The position numbers and the translations under genes are program-made. 36,076 bases of DNA, from the NCBI RefSeq assembly GCF_001194135.2, contig NC_068991.1, forward strand, positions 19,153,216-19,189,291. Direction: 5' to 3'. Below are positions 10,474-22,448 of the stretch, piece after piece (the stretch's first letter is position 1; each line of letters begins with the position of its first letter). Under the pieces are notes generated by a model. It was not told the DNA's origin. It searched no databases and worked only from the letters and a program-made list of their open reading frames with translations. The DNA comes from Octopus bimaculoides (taxonomy: Eukaryota).

Positions 10474-11063
10474 AATGGTTTCAAATTTTAGCAGACGGAC
10501 AGCAATTATGAGGGGAAGAGGCTTAGGGGATTACACCGACCCCAGTACTTGGCTGGTACTTTATTTTATCGATCTCAAAAGAATGAAAGGCAGAGTCAAC
10601 TTCAGTGGCATTGGAACTCAGAGCGTAAAGCTAGAAGAAATGTCGCTAAGCATTTTGTCCGGCGTGCAAACGATTCTTTTCTACTCTAGGGAGGTGGGGG
10701 CAGTCGATTACATTGAGCCAGTACGCAACTGGATGACCGGCAAAGTCGAACTCGGCGGAATTTGAACTCAGAACTTAAAGACAGGCGAAATACCGCTAAG
10801 CATTTCGTCCGGCGTGCTAACGATTCTTATTTCTGTATTGCTCACAAGGGGCTAAACACAATAGGGACAAACAAGGACAGGCAAAGGGATTAAGTCGATT
10901 ATATCGACCCCAGTGCATAACTGGTACTTAATTTATCGACCCCCGAAAGGTTGAAAGGCAAAAATCGACCTCAGTGGAATTTGAACTCAGAACGTAGCGG
11001 TAGACGAAATACCGCTAGGCATTTCACCCGGCGTGCTAACGTTTCTGCCAGCTCGCCGCCTTA
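10474..11063 (-). mobile_element. SINE family B trimer with three different tails
   Basis: Three bodies joined at 10666-10677 and 10816-10827; a single complete head at 11035-11063. Confidence 0.85.
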
Positions 11064-11878
11064 CTGTTTCAAATAACAACACCACAGNNNNNNNNNNNNN
11101 NNNNNNNNNNNNNNNNNNNNNNNNNNNNNNNNNNNNNNNNNNNNNNNNNNNNNNNNNNNNNNNNNNNNNNNNNNNNNNNNNNNNNNNNNNNNNNNNNNNN
11201 NNNNNNNNNNNNNNNNNNNNNNNNNNNNNNNNNNNNNNNNNNNNNNNNNNNNNNNNNNNNNNNNNNNNNNNNNNNNNNNNNNNNNNNNNNNNNNNNNNNN
11301 NNNNNNNNNNNNNNNNNNNNNNNNNNNNNNNNNNNNNNNNNNNNNNNNNNNNNNNNNNNNNNNNNNNNNNNNNNNNNNNNNNNNNNNNNNNNNNNNNNNN
11401 NNNNNNNNNNNNNNNNNNNNNNNNNNNNNNNNNNNNNNNNNNNNNNNNNNNNNNNNNNNNNNNNNNNNNNNNNNNNNNNNNNNNNNNNNNNNNNNNNNNN
11501 NNNNNNNNNNNNNNNNNNNNNNNNNNNNNNNNNNNNNNNNNNNNNNNNNNNNNNNNNNNNNNNATATATATACATATATAAATACATGTATGCATTTTTA
11601 CATGCACACATATATATATATATATGTATATGTGTAAATAAATATATATATATATAAATATTTATATATGTATGTGTATGTATATGTGTATGTATGTATG
11701 TATGTATGTATGTAAGCCACAATACATCTATCTAAAACCGTAAATCTCTAATCCGGCTTTATCCGTTTATTCAACCTGTTTATTTAACGGTAAAGATGTA
11801 CTTCTTTGCATGTCTGAATCCGCCTGCTTTTTTAGCTAACTTACACAACAAAAGAAGAAGGGTATTCACCATATATGG

Positions 11879-11881
<3 letters not shown>

Positions 11882-11958
<77 letters not shown>
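11882..11958. repeat. (TG)n microsatellite, about 38 units
   Basis: Direct reading. Confidence 0.97.
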
Positions 11959-11961
<3 letters not shown>

Positions 11962-11973
11962 AGCGATACTCAC

Positions 11974-11990
11974 CGCACATTAATAATTGC
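11974..11990 (-). other. Candidate 17-nt microexon
   Basis: ttttattttatcag|GCAATTATTAATGTGCG|gtgagtatc. Confidence 0.25.
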
Positions 11991-12509
11991 CTGATAAAAT
12001 AAACGTTGTGTCATTTAGACCCGTAAGCAGCCGATTAGAGGTAATGTGATTGAACGCGCCATTGGCAATAAACACCCTCTACACATCCACCGCCGTCACC
12101 ACCAGCGCCACCTCACTCTATTCTCCTCCGCCTCTGTCCCTCACCCCCCTCTCTCTCTCTCTCTCAATCTATCTCTCTGTCTCTCTATGTCCGTCACTCT
12201 CTCTCCTTCTCTGGTGTATTCTTATCCTTTTCTCGTTGACTTAGTCTTCTCATTGTTTCTGCCTCTTCTGTTCACCGACAATAATCTCTTGAGATCGAGG
12301 CCCTGTAATGTGTTGTCTATGTAAGTGTGTATATTGTGTATTGACATCTGTACGCGTGTGTATATATATTGCGTGTTCATAAGCCGAATTAGTGCCACAG
12401 CAAGTGGTCGTAACGTATAAATATATATATATACATACATGTATGTATGTATGTATGAAACTATGTATGTATGTATGTATGTATGAAACTATGTATGTAT
12501 GTATGTATG

Positions 12510-12556
<47 letters not shown>

Positions 12557-13237
12557 GCACACACAGCATATAAGTATATAATCATCCACGCATGCTGCCC
12601 ATCCAAGCAGAAATTTTCAAGTGTATTGCTATTGACATCTGTCTAACTAACTGCTTCTCTATTTCTTCGTCGTTTACATGTGTGTGTGTGTGTGTATGTG
12701 TGCATATATTTTATATATANNNNNNNNNNNNNNNNNNNNNNNNNNNNNNNNNNNNNNNNNNNNNNNNNNNNNNNNNNNNNNNNNNNNNNNNNNNNNNNNN
12801 NNNNNNNNNNNNNNNNNNNNNNNNNNNNNNNNNNNNNNNNNNNNNNNNNNNNNNNNNNNNNNNNNNNNNNNNNNNNNNNNNNNNNNNNNNNNNNNNNNNN
12901 NNNNNNNNNNNNNNNNNNNNNNNNNNNNNNNNNNNNNNNNNNNNNNNNNNNNNNNNNNNNNNNNNNNNNNNNNNNNNNNNNNNNNNNNNNNNNNNNNNNN
13001 NNNNNNNNNNNNNNNNNNNNNNNNNNNNNNNNNNNNNNNNNNNNNNNNNNNNNNNNNNNNNNNNNNNNNNNNNNNNNNNNNNNNNNNNNNNNNNNNNNNN
13101 NNNNNNNNNNNNNNNNNNNNNNNNNNNNNNNNNNNNNNNNNNNNNNNNNNNNNNNNNNNNNNNNNNNNNNNNNNNNNNNNNNNNNNNNNNNNNNNNNNNN
13201 NNNNNNNNNNNNNNNNNNNNNNNNNNNNNNNNNNNNG

Positions 13238-13277
<40 letters not shown>

Positions 13278-13412
13278 CATACATAAACATATATGCATGT
13301 TATTTCCATATATATACATAAATACATGCATATTAGTAAAAATATACATACCTAGATTTTATATATAAATATATGTATTTATATACGTGTGTATGTGAGT
13401 GTGTGCGTGTGT

Positions 13413-13457
<45 letters not shown>

Positions 13458-14086
13458 CACACATACACATGCATAGCTACATGCATACATATATGTGTGT
13501 GTGTGTGTGTGTGTATGTGTGTGGTGCATAAACTTTTGGCTAGGCTATTGGCCAATTACTCAGAGTTTTTTACGGAGTATCATACTTCTTCAGATGACCT
13601 TCATGGCAATAAAGAAAAAAACAACTATAACGACAACAGCAACAACAAGAATCCTCAACCCCCCCCCACTAATTATTTCACTGTTATTGACATCTCTCTT
13701 ATTAATTGCTTCCATCTTTATCTCCTATGTTTGTGTGTGGAATGTATGTATGTGTATATGCATGTAATTATATAGATGCATATACACATATATCTGTACA
13801 TATACTTATATGTCTAATATATATATAAATTTAGAAATACAGAGAAATATATTTATAGTTGCAGACAAATATAAGTAGGTGTGTCTGAGTGCATATGCTT
13901 AAAAATTTGAATATTAAACTAAAAATGTTGAGTATTTTGTGAGTCAATTAAATTAGAACAAAAAATATATATATATTCAGCTGTTCTCCGTTCATGCAAT
14001 CTGAACTGATCTATTCCTAATGTTTTGTTTTAATATAAGCTTATTCTTAGGGCCTGATTAAGACCCATATGATATGTAATTCGAAA

Positions 14087-14273
14087 TATCCTCTCTGCTA
14101 TAGCCACAAGGCCTGAAATTTGGGGAAGGGCAGAAGGGGTTTAATCGGTTGCATCTACCTCAGAACTCAACTGGTACTTATTTTATCGACCCCCCGAAAG
14201 GATAAAGGGCAAAGTCAACCTCGGCAGAATTTGTACGCAGAGCGTGAAGGCGGACAAAATACCGCTAAGCATT
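14087..14273 (-). mobile_element. SINE family B, 5'-truncated diverged copy
   Basis: ctggtacttattttatcgacccc..gaaagg..gcaaagtcaacctcggc; tail aaggcctgaaattt. Confidence 0.8.
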
Positions 14274-14597
14274 GCCGCTGATGAAATTTTAAATATAAAC
14301 AATAATCCTATCTATAACAGGCAGATTTTCTCTGTGTGTGTGTGTGTGTATGTTTAAAATTCATACATTTAACTCAATTCCAAATTTCTTGAATGAAAGA
14401 ATCAGAATTAATATTCTAAATACAATAAGTTAGGTCACATCGTCATTTTTTCAGTCAAAATAACTCCTAATTACGAATAAAATCCAGAAAACTACATACA
14501 AAATTACTTTGCCCCTCTAAAGTACATTTTCATTTTTTGAAATAAAACAAAACTAATAGTAAGATGGAAAATAATCTTTAGTTTTGTATACTTCCAC

Positions 14598-14630
14598 TTT
14601 ATTACCCTCGCCTTCGCTAAGGCGGAGGTT
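14598..14630 (+). mobile_element. Possible Helentron/HINE-type terminus
   Basis: ttattaccctcgccttcgctaaggcggaggt with a 9-bp bulged stem; resembles recalled TTATTACCTCCGCC..GGAGGT termini; other end not identified. Confidence 0.3.
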
Positions 14631-15114
14631 TTTGTAGGAAGTAATGTTGGCACTGGATGGGTGCCACACAATTCCTTACATAAACGTGGAAGGAAAACAG
14701 CGGAACAAGAATATCCGAACAAATAACAATATTTTATTTTTCGTCCGTACAAGCGTTACATCTTGGGACAATCAGTAGCCAGGTTATCTTGGTGTGGAAG
14801 CAGCAGAGTCGGTTTAATCACAAATGTGAAGGCATTCTTCACAGGTTAGCAGAGGCCCCAAACATGAATGACGCAGAATTTTGATGAAATTGGACAAATG
14901 TCACCGATGATCTATTTATAATGTGCAGACGACGACATCTCGGTTTTCAACTATATAACACAACAATTGTGATTGGTTAATTGTTTTATCAGATCATCAT
15001 AGTCTTGTAATGATGATTTTGATTGGCCAAACGTATGACTTCAAAATCCAAGTGCACGAAAATGTGGAAATTAAAAAAAATAATTGAAAATCTTTTTTTT
15101 AGATTTATTATTTT

Positions 15115-15328
15115 TTTACCTTTTACTTGTTACAGTCTTTGCACAGCGGCCATGCTGGAGCACTGCTTTGAAGGGTTTTGTTGAACAAATCGAACCGACG
15201 ACTTATTTTTTTAAAGCCCTGTACTTATTCTGTTGGCCTTTTTTGCCGAACCTCTAAGTTAGGGGTCGTAAATACACCTACACCAGTTGTCAAGATGATG
15301 GGAGGGACAAACACAGACACACACGCAC

Positions 15329-15374
<46 letters not shown>

Positions 15375-15537
15375 GACGGACGTCTTTCAGTTTCCGTCAA
15401 CCAAATCCACTCACAAGGCTTTGGTTGGCTCGAGGCTGTCATGGAAGACACTTGCTCAAGGTGTGTCGCAGTGGGACTGAACCCGGAACCATGTGGTTGA
15501 GAAGCAAGCTTCTTACGACATAGCCACGCCTGCGCCT
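15115..15537 (-). mobile_element. SINE family A, full-length older copy
   Basis: Reverse complement of the 4758 and 17765 copies from head to tail, with internal (AT)n. Confidence 0.9.
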
Positions 15538-15545
15538 ATAATAAA

Positions 15546-15600
15546 TATATACGACGGGCTTCTTTCAGTTTTCCGTCTACCATATCCACTCGCAAAGCTT
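15546..15600 (-). mobile_element. SINE family A internal fragment
   Basis: acgacgggcttctttcagtt..ccgtctacca..tccactc. Confidence 0.75.
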
Positions 15601-15883
15601 CCTTACTATTTGGCAATACTGTGCTCAGAGGGCTTAAATTTGCATGATTGATTAATAAAAGATATAAGAAAGGACCAAAAGAGCCACGTTGTGATAGAAA
15701 ATGATGATTGTTTCGTCATAAGTGTGGAAGACATCACCCTTATCAGTAAGAAGGAGTGATGTCCTAAGAGAACACCAGAATCAGAATATATCTTTGCAAT
15801 ACATCTTTAGAAATAAAGGATACACAAAGTGCATGAAGAGCTAGAATGAGTTCATATAAGGAATATTGGTAGAAGATTAGCAA

Positions 15884-16010
15884 AAGCACAGGCACGGGTG
15901 TGTGGTTAAAAAGGTCGCTTTGCAGCTTTGTGGTTTCGGGTTCAGTTCCATTGTGCGATAACTTCTGCTCTAGCCTTGGGCCCAGCAATGCTTTGTGATT
16001 GAATTTCGTT
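15884..16010 (+). mobile_element. Degenerate SINE family A-like head
   Basis: gcacaggcacgggtgtgtggttaa..ggtttcgggttcagttcca..tagccttgggcc. Confidence 0.55.
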
Positions 16011-16014
16011 ATTT

Positions 16015-16262
16015 TCACTGTTTCGTTTTCCTGTCTTGTTTTCTGTCCGCCACTACATTCCTCCATGGTACAAATTTAATTTGTGGTCCGTGGGAAGAGC
16101 CATTCTAACGATGCGTCCTGCTCTAACTCTTCGAAACGCCAGTGTTAGAATGGTGGCAGCTGATGAAGGAAATGTTCTCTATGTGGCCTGTGTGTTTTCT
16201 GTACTCTGTTTATCATTTTGTCTGCGTTTTGTTTGCAACGTCCTGTACCCAGATATGCATCT
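16015..16262 (+). repeat. Dispersed repeat, possibly Penelope pseudo-LTR-like (copy 1)
   Basis: 16134-16262 is closely similar to 18272-18412; contains CGAAAC and CTGATGA; 5' boundary approximate. Confidence 0.55.
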
Positions 16263-17764
16263 ATATATACATGTAGATGTAGGTATGTACATACATGTAC
16301 GTATATACGCATATACTCATTTATTATTTGTNNNNNNNNNNNNNNNNNNNNNNNNNNNNNNNNNNNNNNNNNNNNNNNNNNNNNNNNNNNNNNNNNNNNN
16401 NNNNNNNNNNNNNNNNNNNNNNNNNNNNNNNNNNNNNNNNNNNNNNNNNNNNNNNNNNNNNNNNNNNNNNNNNNNNNNNNNNNNNNNNNNNNNNGCACAC
16501 ACGCACACGCACACACACACACACATACACACACACACGCACGCGCACACACACACACACACACACACACATACATGCATACACAGCGATAGCAATGGAA
16601 GTCCAACTCTGCTCTTGCATTAGCCTCCAATACTTTCCCCTCATACCAGTCTGTCGCGTCCCCAACGTATAAATTTGTCTGTGTATGTACGTGTGCGTAG
16701 ACATGTGCGCGCGCGCGTATGTGTGTGTGTGTATGTGTGTGTGCGTGTATGTGTGTGTGTATGTGTGTGTACGTGTGTGTGCTTGTGTGCGCTGGTGGGG
16801 GTTTTATAACCTATAATCAACTGACGAGACCTACGAAGATGACAAAGACACGGCCGCCAGTCGCTCACTGGAAGTTGAAAGGGAAGACGACGACGACGAC
16901 GATGATGATGATGATGGCAGTGGTGGTGATGTGGATGATAATAATAATGATGATAATGATGATGCCGATTCTGATTGGTAGTGGGGGGGGGGGTTGGCGG
17001 TGGAGGCGATAGATTTGAAGAAGAAAAAACTATAAATATGTGTACGTGACTGCGTGTGTTTGTGCATGTGTGTATATGTGTGTGGTAGTATACATGTATG
17101 TGTATATATATATATATGTGTATATACATACATACATACATACATACATACATACACACGTGCATACATACACATATTTGCACGCACACACAAACACGCA
17201 CACACACATCATGGTAGCCAAAGGAGTTGGTGGCGTGAACAGAAGTGGGCGTGATGTAGGAGTGAGTGAGGGTGGGTGGGCTGATGTGGAGCGGCGTGTA
17301 GAAAGAAATATTGCCACAGAAATTAGAGGCAAGAAACTTAGGCCCATTAAATGCGGTAATTTACTTATCATTAAAAAATGTCTTACTAATAGGTTTTGTA
17401 CATTTATTTATTTAATTATTATTATTATTGTTGTTGTTGTTGTTATTATTATTATTGTTGTTATTGTGGTTATTGTTTTTATTTTTCATTATTGTTGTTG
17501 TTGATGTTATTATTGTTATTAACTATTTTGCTGTAATTAGCAACAAGTAGACGTTTGCTTACGTGTTTCTTTGCTATTATTTGTATTATACATATATACA
17601 GACAGACAGTCGTATATACATATCAATATATAGACACATGTACACACACACACATGCACACAAACGCACACGCACACGCACACACATATACGCATATACG
17701 TACTTGCATACACATATATACGCGCATAAGTATATAGATATACCTTTGTGTGTGAGTTTGTGTG

Positions 17765-18191
17765 TGTGTGGTAAGTAGCTTGCTTACCAGCCACATGGTT
17801 CCAAGTTCAGTCACACTGTGTGGCACATAGGGCAAGTGTCTTCTACTATGGCCTCGGGCTGACCAAAATCTTGTGAGTGGATTTGGTAGACCGAAACTGA
17901 AAGAAGCCCGTCGTATATATATATATATATGTATGTATATATATGGGAGTGTATGTGTGCGTATGTGTGTGTATGTATATTTTTGTGTGTCTGTGTTTGC
18001 CCCCTCCCCCAACTTCGTTTGACAACCGATGGTGGTGTGTTCACGATCCCGTAACATTAGCGGTTCAGCAAAAGTGACCGATAGGATAAGTACTAGGCTT
18101 ACAAAGAATAAGTCCTGCTATCAATTTGCTCGACTGAAGGCGGTGCTCCAGCATGGCCGCAGTCAAATGACTGAAACAAGTAAAAAGAAGA
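17765..18191 (+). mobile_element. SINE family A, near full length
   Basis: Head from tgtgtggtaagtagc to tail ggcggtgctccagcatggccgcagtcaaatgactgaaacaagtaaaa. Confidence 0.92.
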
Positions 18192-18271
18192 ATATTATAT
18201 ATATATATATGGAATTTTGGACACTGAAACTTTGGACTGAATTTTGTGGACACACACACACACACACATAT

Positions 18272-18412
18272 AAACGTTTAGTTTTAGAATGGTGGCAGCT
18301 GATGAAGGAAATGTTCTCTATGTGGCCTGTGTGTTTTCTGTGCTCTGTTTATGTTCTGTTATTCATTTTGCCTACGTTTTCTTGTGACGTCCTGTGCCCA
18401 GATATGCATCTC
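18272..18412 (+). repeat. Dispersed repeat, copy 2 of 16134-16262
   Basis: Shared ttagaatggtggcagctgatgaaggaaatgttctctatgtggcctgtgtgttttctgt..gtcctgt.cccagatatgcatc. Confidence 0.8.
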
Positions 18413-19437
18413 TACATACATGTACGTATATANNNNNNNNNNNNNNNNNNNNNNNNNNNNNNNNNNNNNNNNNNNNNNNNNNNNNNNNNNNNNNNNNNNN
18501 NNNNNNNNNNNNNNNNNNNNNNNNNNNNNNNNNNNNNNNNNNNNNNNNNNNNNNNNNNNNNNNNNNNNNNNNNNNNNNNNNNNNNNNNNNNNNNNNNNNN
18601 NNNNNNNNNNNNNNNNNNNNNNNNNNNNNNNNNNNNNNNNNNNNNNNNNNNNNNNNNNNNNNNNNNNNNNNNNNNNNNNNNNNNNNNNNNNNNNNNNNNN
18701 NNNNNNNNNNNNNNNNNNNNNNNNNNNNNNNNNNNNNNNNNNNNNNNNNNNNNNNNNNNNNNNNNNNNNNNNNNNNNNNNNNNNNNNNNNNNNNNNNNNN
18801 NNNNNNNNNNNNNNNNNNNNNNNNNNNNNNNNNNNNNNNNNNNNNNNNNNNNNNNNNNNNNNNNNNNNNNNNNNNNNNNNNNNNNNNNNNNNNNNNNNNN
18901 NNNNNNNNNNNNNNNNNNNNNNNNNNNNNNNNNNNNNNNNNNNNNNNNNNNNNNNNNNNNNNNNNNNNNNNNNNNNNNNNNNNNNNNNNNNNNNNNNNNN
19001 NNNNNNNNNNNNNNNNNNNNNNNNNNNNNNNNNNNNNNNNNNNNNNNNNNNNNNNNNNNNNNNNNNNNNNNNNNNNNNNNNNNNNNNNNNNNNNNNNNNN
19101 NNNNNNNNNNNNNNNNNNNNNNNNNNNNNNNNNNNNNNNNNNNNNNNNNNNNNNNNNNNNNNNNNNNNNNNNNNNNNNNNNNNNNNNNNNNNNNNNNNNN
19201 NNNNNNNNNNNNNNNNNNNNNNNNNNNNNNNNNNNNNNNNNNNNNNNNNNNNNNNNNNNNNNNNNNNNNNNNNNNNNNNNNNNNNNNNNNNNNNNNNNNN
19301 NNNNNNNNNNNNNNNNATAAATGAAATATGTAAGGATCATCTTGGCCTATTGTAATTTATTTGAATAGAAAGGCCTGGAACTACCCACTCGAATCATAAA
19401 ATCCTTGATCTGTAGAACTTATACGTTCGATAGGTCT

Positions 19438-19596
19438 CCATGTACGGAAAACAATTGTATAGTATGTAAGATGAACCCACAGGTTAACTGTAAGATTAAG
19501 AATGTAGTATATAGTTTTCGGTGTACTGAAGGACAGTGCAGAAACAAGATTCTATATATTTTTTCAATGACTGAAAGATCTCAGCTGCGTAAGAAG
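19438..19596 (+). pseudogene. Penelope-type GIY-YIG endonuclease remnant
   Basis: PCTENNCIVCK..NCKIKNVVYSFRCTEGQCRNKILYIFSMTERSQLRKK fits the C-x4-C-x2-C..C..NVVY..C..C..YIG.T.R.L..R pattern, degenerate at the YIG motif. Confidence 0.55.
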
Positions 19597-19833
19597 AATA
19601 CGATGTTTTACTTTCTTCTGATAACCTATTTTTGATCGCAAAGATAAAAAAGCAGATAAACTTCGTCAACCGTGTTCTTATGGTATGTATGTATGTATGT
19701 ATGTATGTATGTATGTATTTATGTATGTATGTATTTATGTGTGTATTGTGTATGTGTTACATATAAATATGCTTGCTTATATTATATGTATTCACATGTA
19801 TAAATTACATATAATATATATATGTGTGTGGGG

Positions 19834-20340
19834 AAGGCGGCGACTTGGCAGAAACGTTAGCTCCGTTTGTCTGTCCTTGTTTGTCCCCTCTGTGTGTAGC
19901 CCCTTGTGGGCAATAAAGAAATAAGAAACGTTAGCACACCGGCCGAAATGCTTAGCGGTATTTCGTCTACCGTTACGTTCTGAGTTCAAATTCCGCTGAG
20001 GTCGACTTTGCCTTTCATCCTTTCAGGGTCGATAAATTAAGTACCAGTTACGCACTGGGATCGATGTAATCGACTTAATCCCTTTGTCTGTCCTTGTTTG
20101 TCCCCTCTATGTTTAGCCCCTTGTGGGTATTAAAGAAATAAGAAACGTTAGCACGCCGGGCGAAATTCTAAGTGGTATTTCGTCTACCATTACGTTCTGA
20201 GTTCAAATTCCGCGGAGGTCGACTATGCCTTTCATCCTTTCGGGGTCGATAAATTAAGTACCAGTTGCATACTGAGGTCGAACTAATCGATTGGCCTCTT
20301 CTCCAAAATTTCGGGCCTTGTGCCTAGAGTAGAAAAGAAT
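19834..20340 (+). mobile_element. SINE family B array: head, 62-bp tail-only unit, full unit, terminal unit
   Basis: AGAAACGTTAGC at 19850-19861, 19924-19935 and 20141-20152. Confidence 0.92.
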
Positions 20341-21039
20341 ATATATATATATATATATACAGATGTATATATATATATATATATACGCACATTGTTTCTG
20401 TACACACGCGCACACAAGCACACGCACATGTTTATTAATAAACATGTGTGTCTATAGGCATGTAACTACGTGCATTGCTTCTGTGTATCTGTTTGTATGT
20501 TTGCATATGTATGTGAACTTTAAGACGATCTCATATTTCTTGACACTTTGACTGCTGACAACAGCCCTTGTTGCCAATATCTGCTGCTATATCTTGGTAA
20601 ACACCGAAAGCCGGCTTTCTCCAAATTACACTGTCTGTCTAATAATAATTGACCTTTCGTCAAATTGATACTTCTTCTTGTCTCTCTCTCTCTCTCCCCA
20701 GACGAAGGCCAAGTTGTGAATCTTAAATCTGAATGTCAAAGGTTACTTTCGTCAACCCTCACCGGCACTGCCGTACTACCAGCCTGGTACCTTTTGAGGC
20801 ATTTCGTTCTTCACCAGAATATTCTCACGTTTTAAGTTTTCTCCAAAATAAAAAGCAAATGAAATTTCTTTAACTTTTTGCTTTTTTCTTTGTTTTTTTT
20901 CTTCCTTTCTTCCTTTCTTCCTTTCTCCCTTTCTTGTTACTTTGGTATCGTCGTTTTAGTCGTTGTCTTCCTTGTCGCCGTCATCGTCATCGTCATCGTC
21001 AACGTCATTACCATCCTCATAATTGTCACCGTCATCCCC

Positions 21040-21129
21040 TCTTCTTCTTCTTCTTCTTCTTCTTCTTCTTCTTCTTCTTCTTCTTCTTCTTCTTCTTCTT
21101 CTTCTTCTTCTTCTTCTTCTTCTTCTTCT
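21040..21129. repeat. (TCT)n, about 30 units
   Basis: Direct reading. Confidence 0.97.
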
Positions 21130-22201
21130 ATCTATTCCACTTACTGATATATAAATACACACACATACANNNNNNNNNNNNNNNNNNNNNNNNNNNNNNN
21201 NNNNNNNNNNNNNNNNNNNNNNNNNNNNNNNNNNNNNNNNNNNNNNNNNNNNNNNNNNNNNNNNNNNNNNNNNNNNNNNNNNNNNNNNNNNNNNNNNNNN
21301 NNNNNNNNNNNNNNNNNNNNNNNNNNNNNNNNNNNNNNNNNNNNNNNNNNNNNNNNNNNNNNNNNNNNNNNNNNNNNNNNNNNNNNNNNNNNNNNNNNNN
21401 NNNNNNNNNNNNNNNNNNNNNNNNNNNNNNNNNNNNNNNNNNNNNNNNNNNNNNNNNNNNNNNNNNNNNNNNNNNNNNNNNNNNNNNNNNNNNNNNNNNN
21501 NNNNNNNNNNNNNNNNNNNNNNNNNNNNNNNNNNNNNNNNNNNNNNNNNNNNNNNNNNNNNNNNNNNNNNNNNNNNNNNNNNNNNNNNNNNNNNNNNNNN
21601 NNNNNNNNNNNNNNNNNNNNNNNNNNNNNNNNNNNNNNNNNNNNNNNNNNNNNNNNNNNNNNNNNNNNNNNNNNNNNNNNNNNNNNNNNNNNNNNNNNNN
21701 NNNNNNNNNNNNNNNNNNNNNNNNNNNNNNNNNNNNNNNNNNNNNNNNNNNNNNNNNNNNNNNNNNNNNNNNNNNNNNNNNNNNNNNNNNNNNNNNNNNN
21801 NNNNNNNNNNNNNNNNNNNNNNNNNNNNNNNNNNNNNNNNNNNNNNNNNNNNNNNNNNNNNNNNNNNNNNNNNNNNNNNNNNNNNNNNNNNNNNNNNNNN
21901 NNNNNNNNNNNNNNNNNNNNNNNNNNNNNNNNNNNNNNNNNNNNNNNNNNNNNNNNNNNNNNNNNNNNNNNNNNNNNNNNNNNNNNNNNNNNNNNNNNNN
22001 NNNNNNNNNNNNNNNNNNNNNNNNNNNNNNNNNNNNNNNNNNNNNNNNNNNNNNNNNNNNNNNNNNNNNNNNNNNNNNNNNNNNNNNNNNNNNNNNNNNN
22101 NNNNNNNNNNNNNNNNNNNNNNNNNNNNNNNNNNNNNNNNNNNNNNNNNNNNCATACAGATTTGCAACGTGTGTCTGTCTGTCCGTCCGTCCGTCCGTCC
22201 G

Positions 22202-22252
<51 letters not shown>

Positions 22253-22448
22253 GTCTGTCTGTCTGTCTGTCTGTCTGTTTTTCTGTCTGTTTTTCTGTCT
22301 GTTTTTCTGTCTGTTTTTCTGTCTGCCTGCTGTCTGTTTAGTTCTTTCTCACGCTTTATATATGTGTGTGCGTATGCGTGAGTGTATGTATGTTTATATA
22401 TATATATATGTGTGTGTATGTATGCATATATATATGTATACATATGTA

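Noticed and set aside
15730-15763. Hairpin GACATCAC/GTGATGTC
   Set aside because: Isolated 8+4-bp stem compatible with chance
16817-16981. Acidic frame STDETYEDDKD..DSDW*
   Set aside because: Preceded by an in-frame stop, no good acceptor, mostly GAT/GAC repeat
19834-20340. CRISPR-like repeat/spacer pattern
   Set aside because: Intervening sequences are homologous SINE bodies; eukaryotic context; no cas genes
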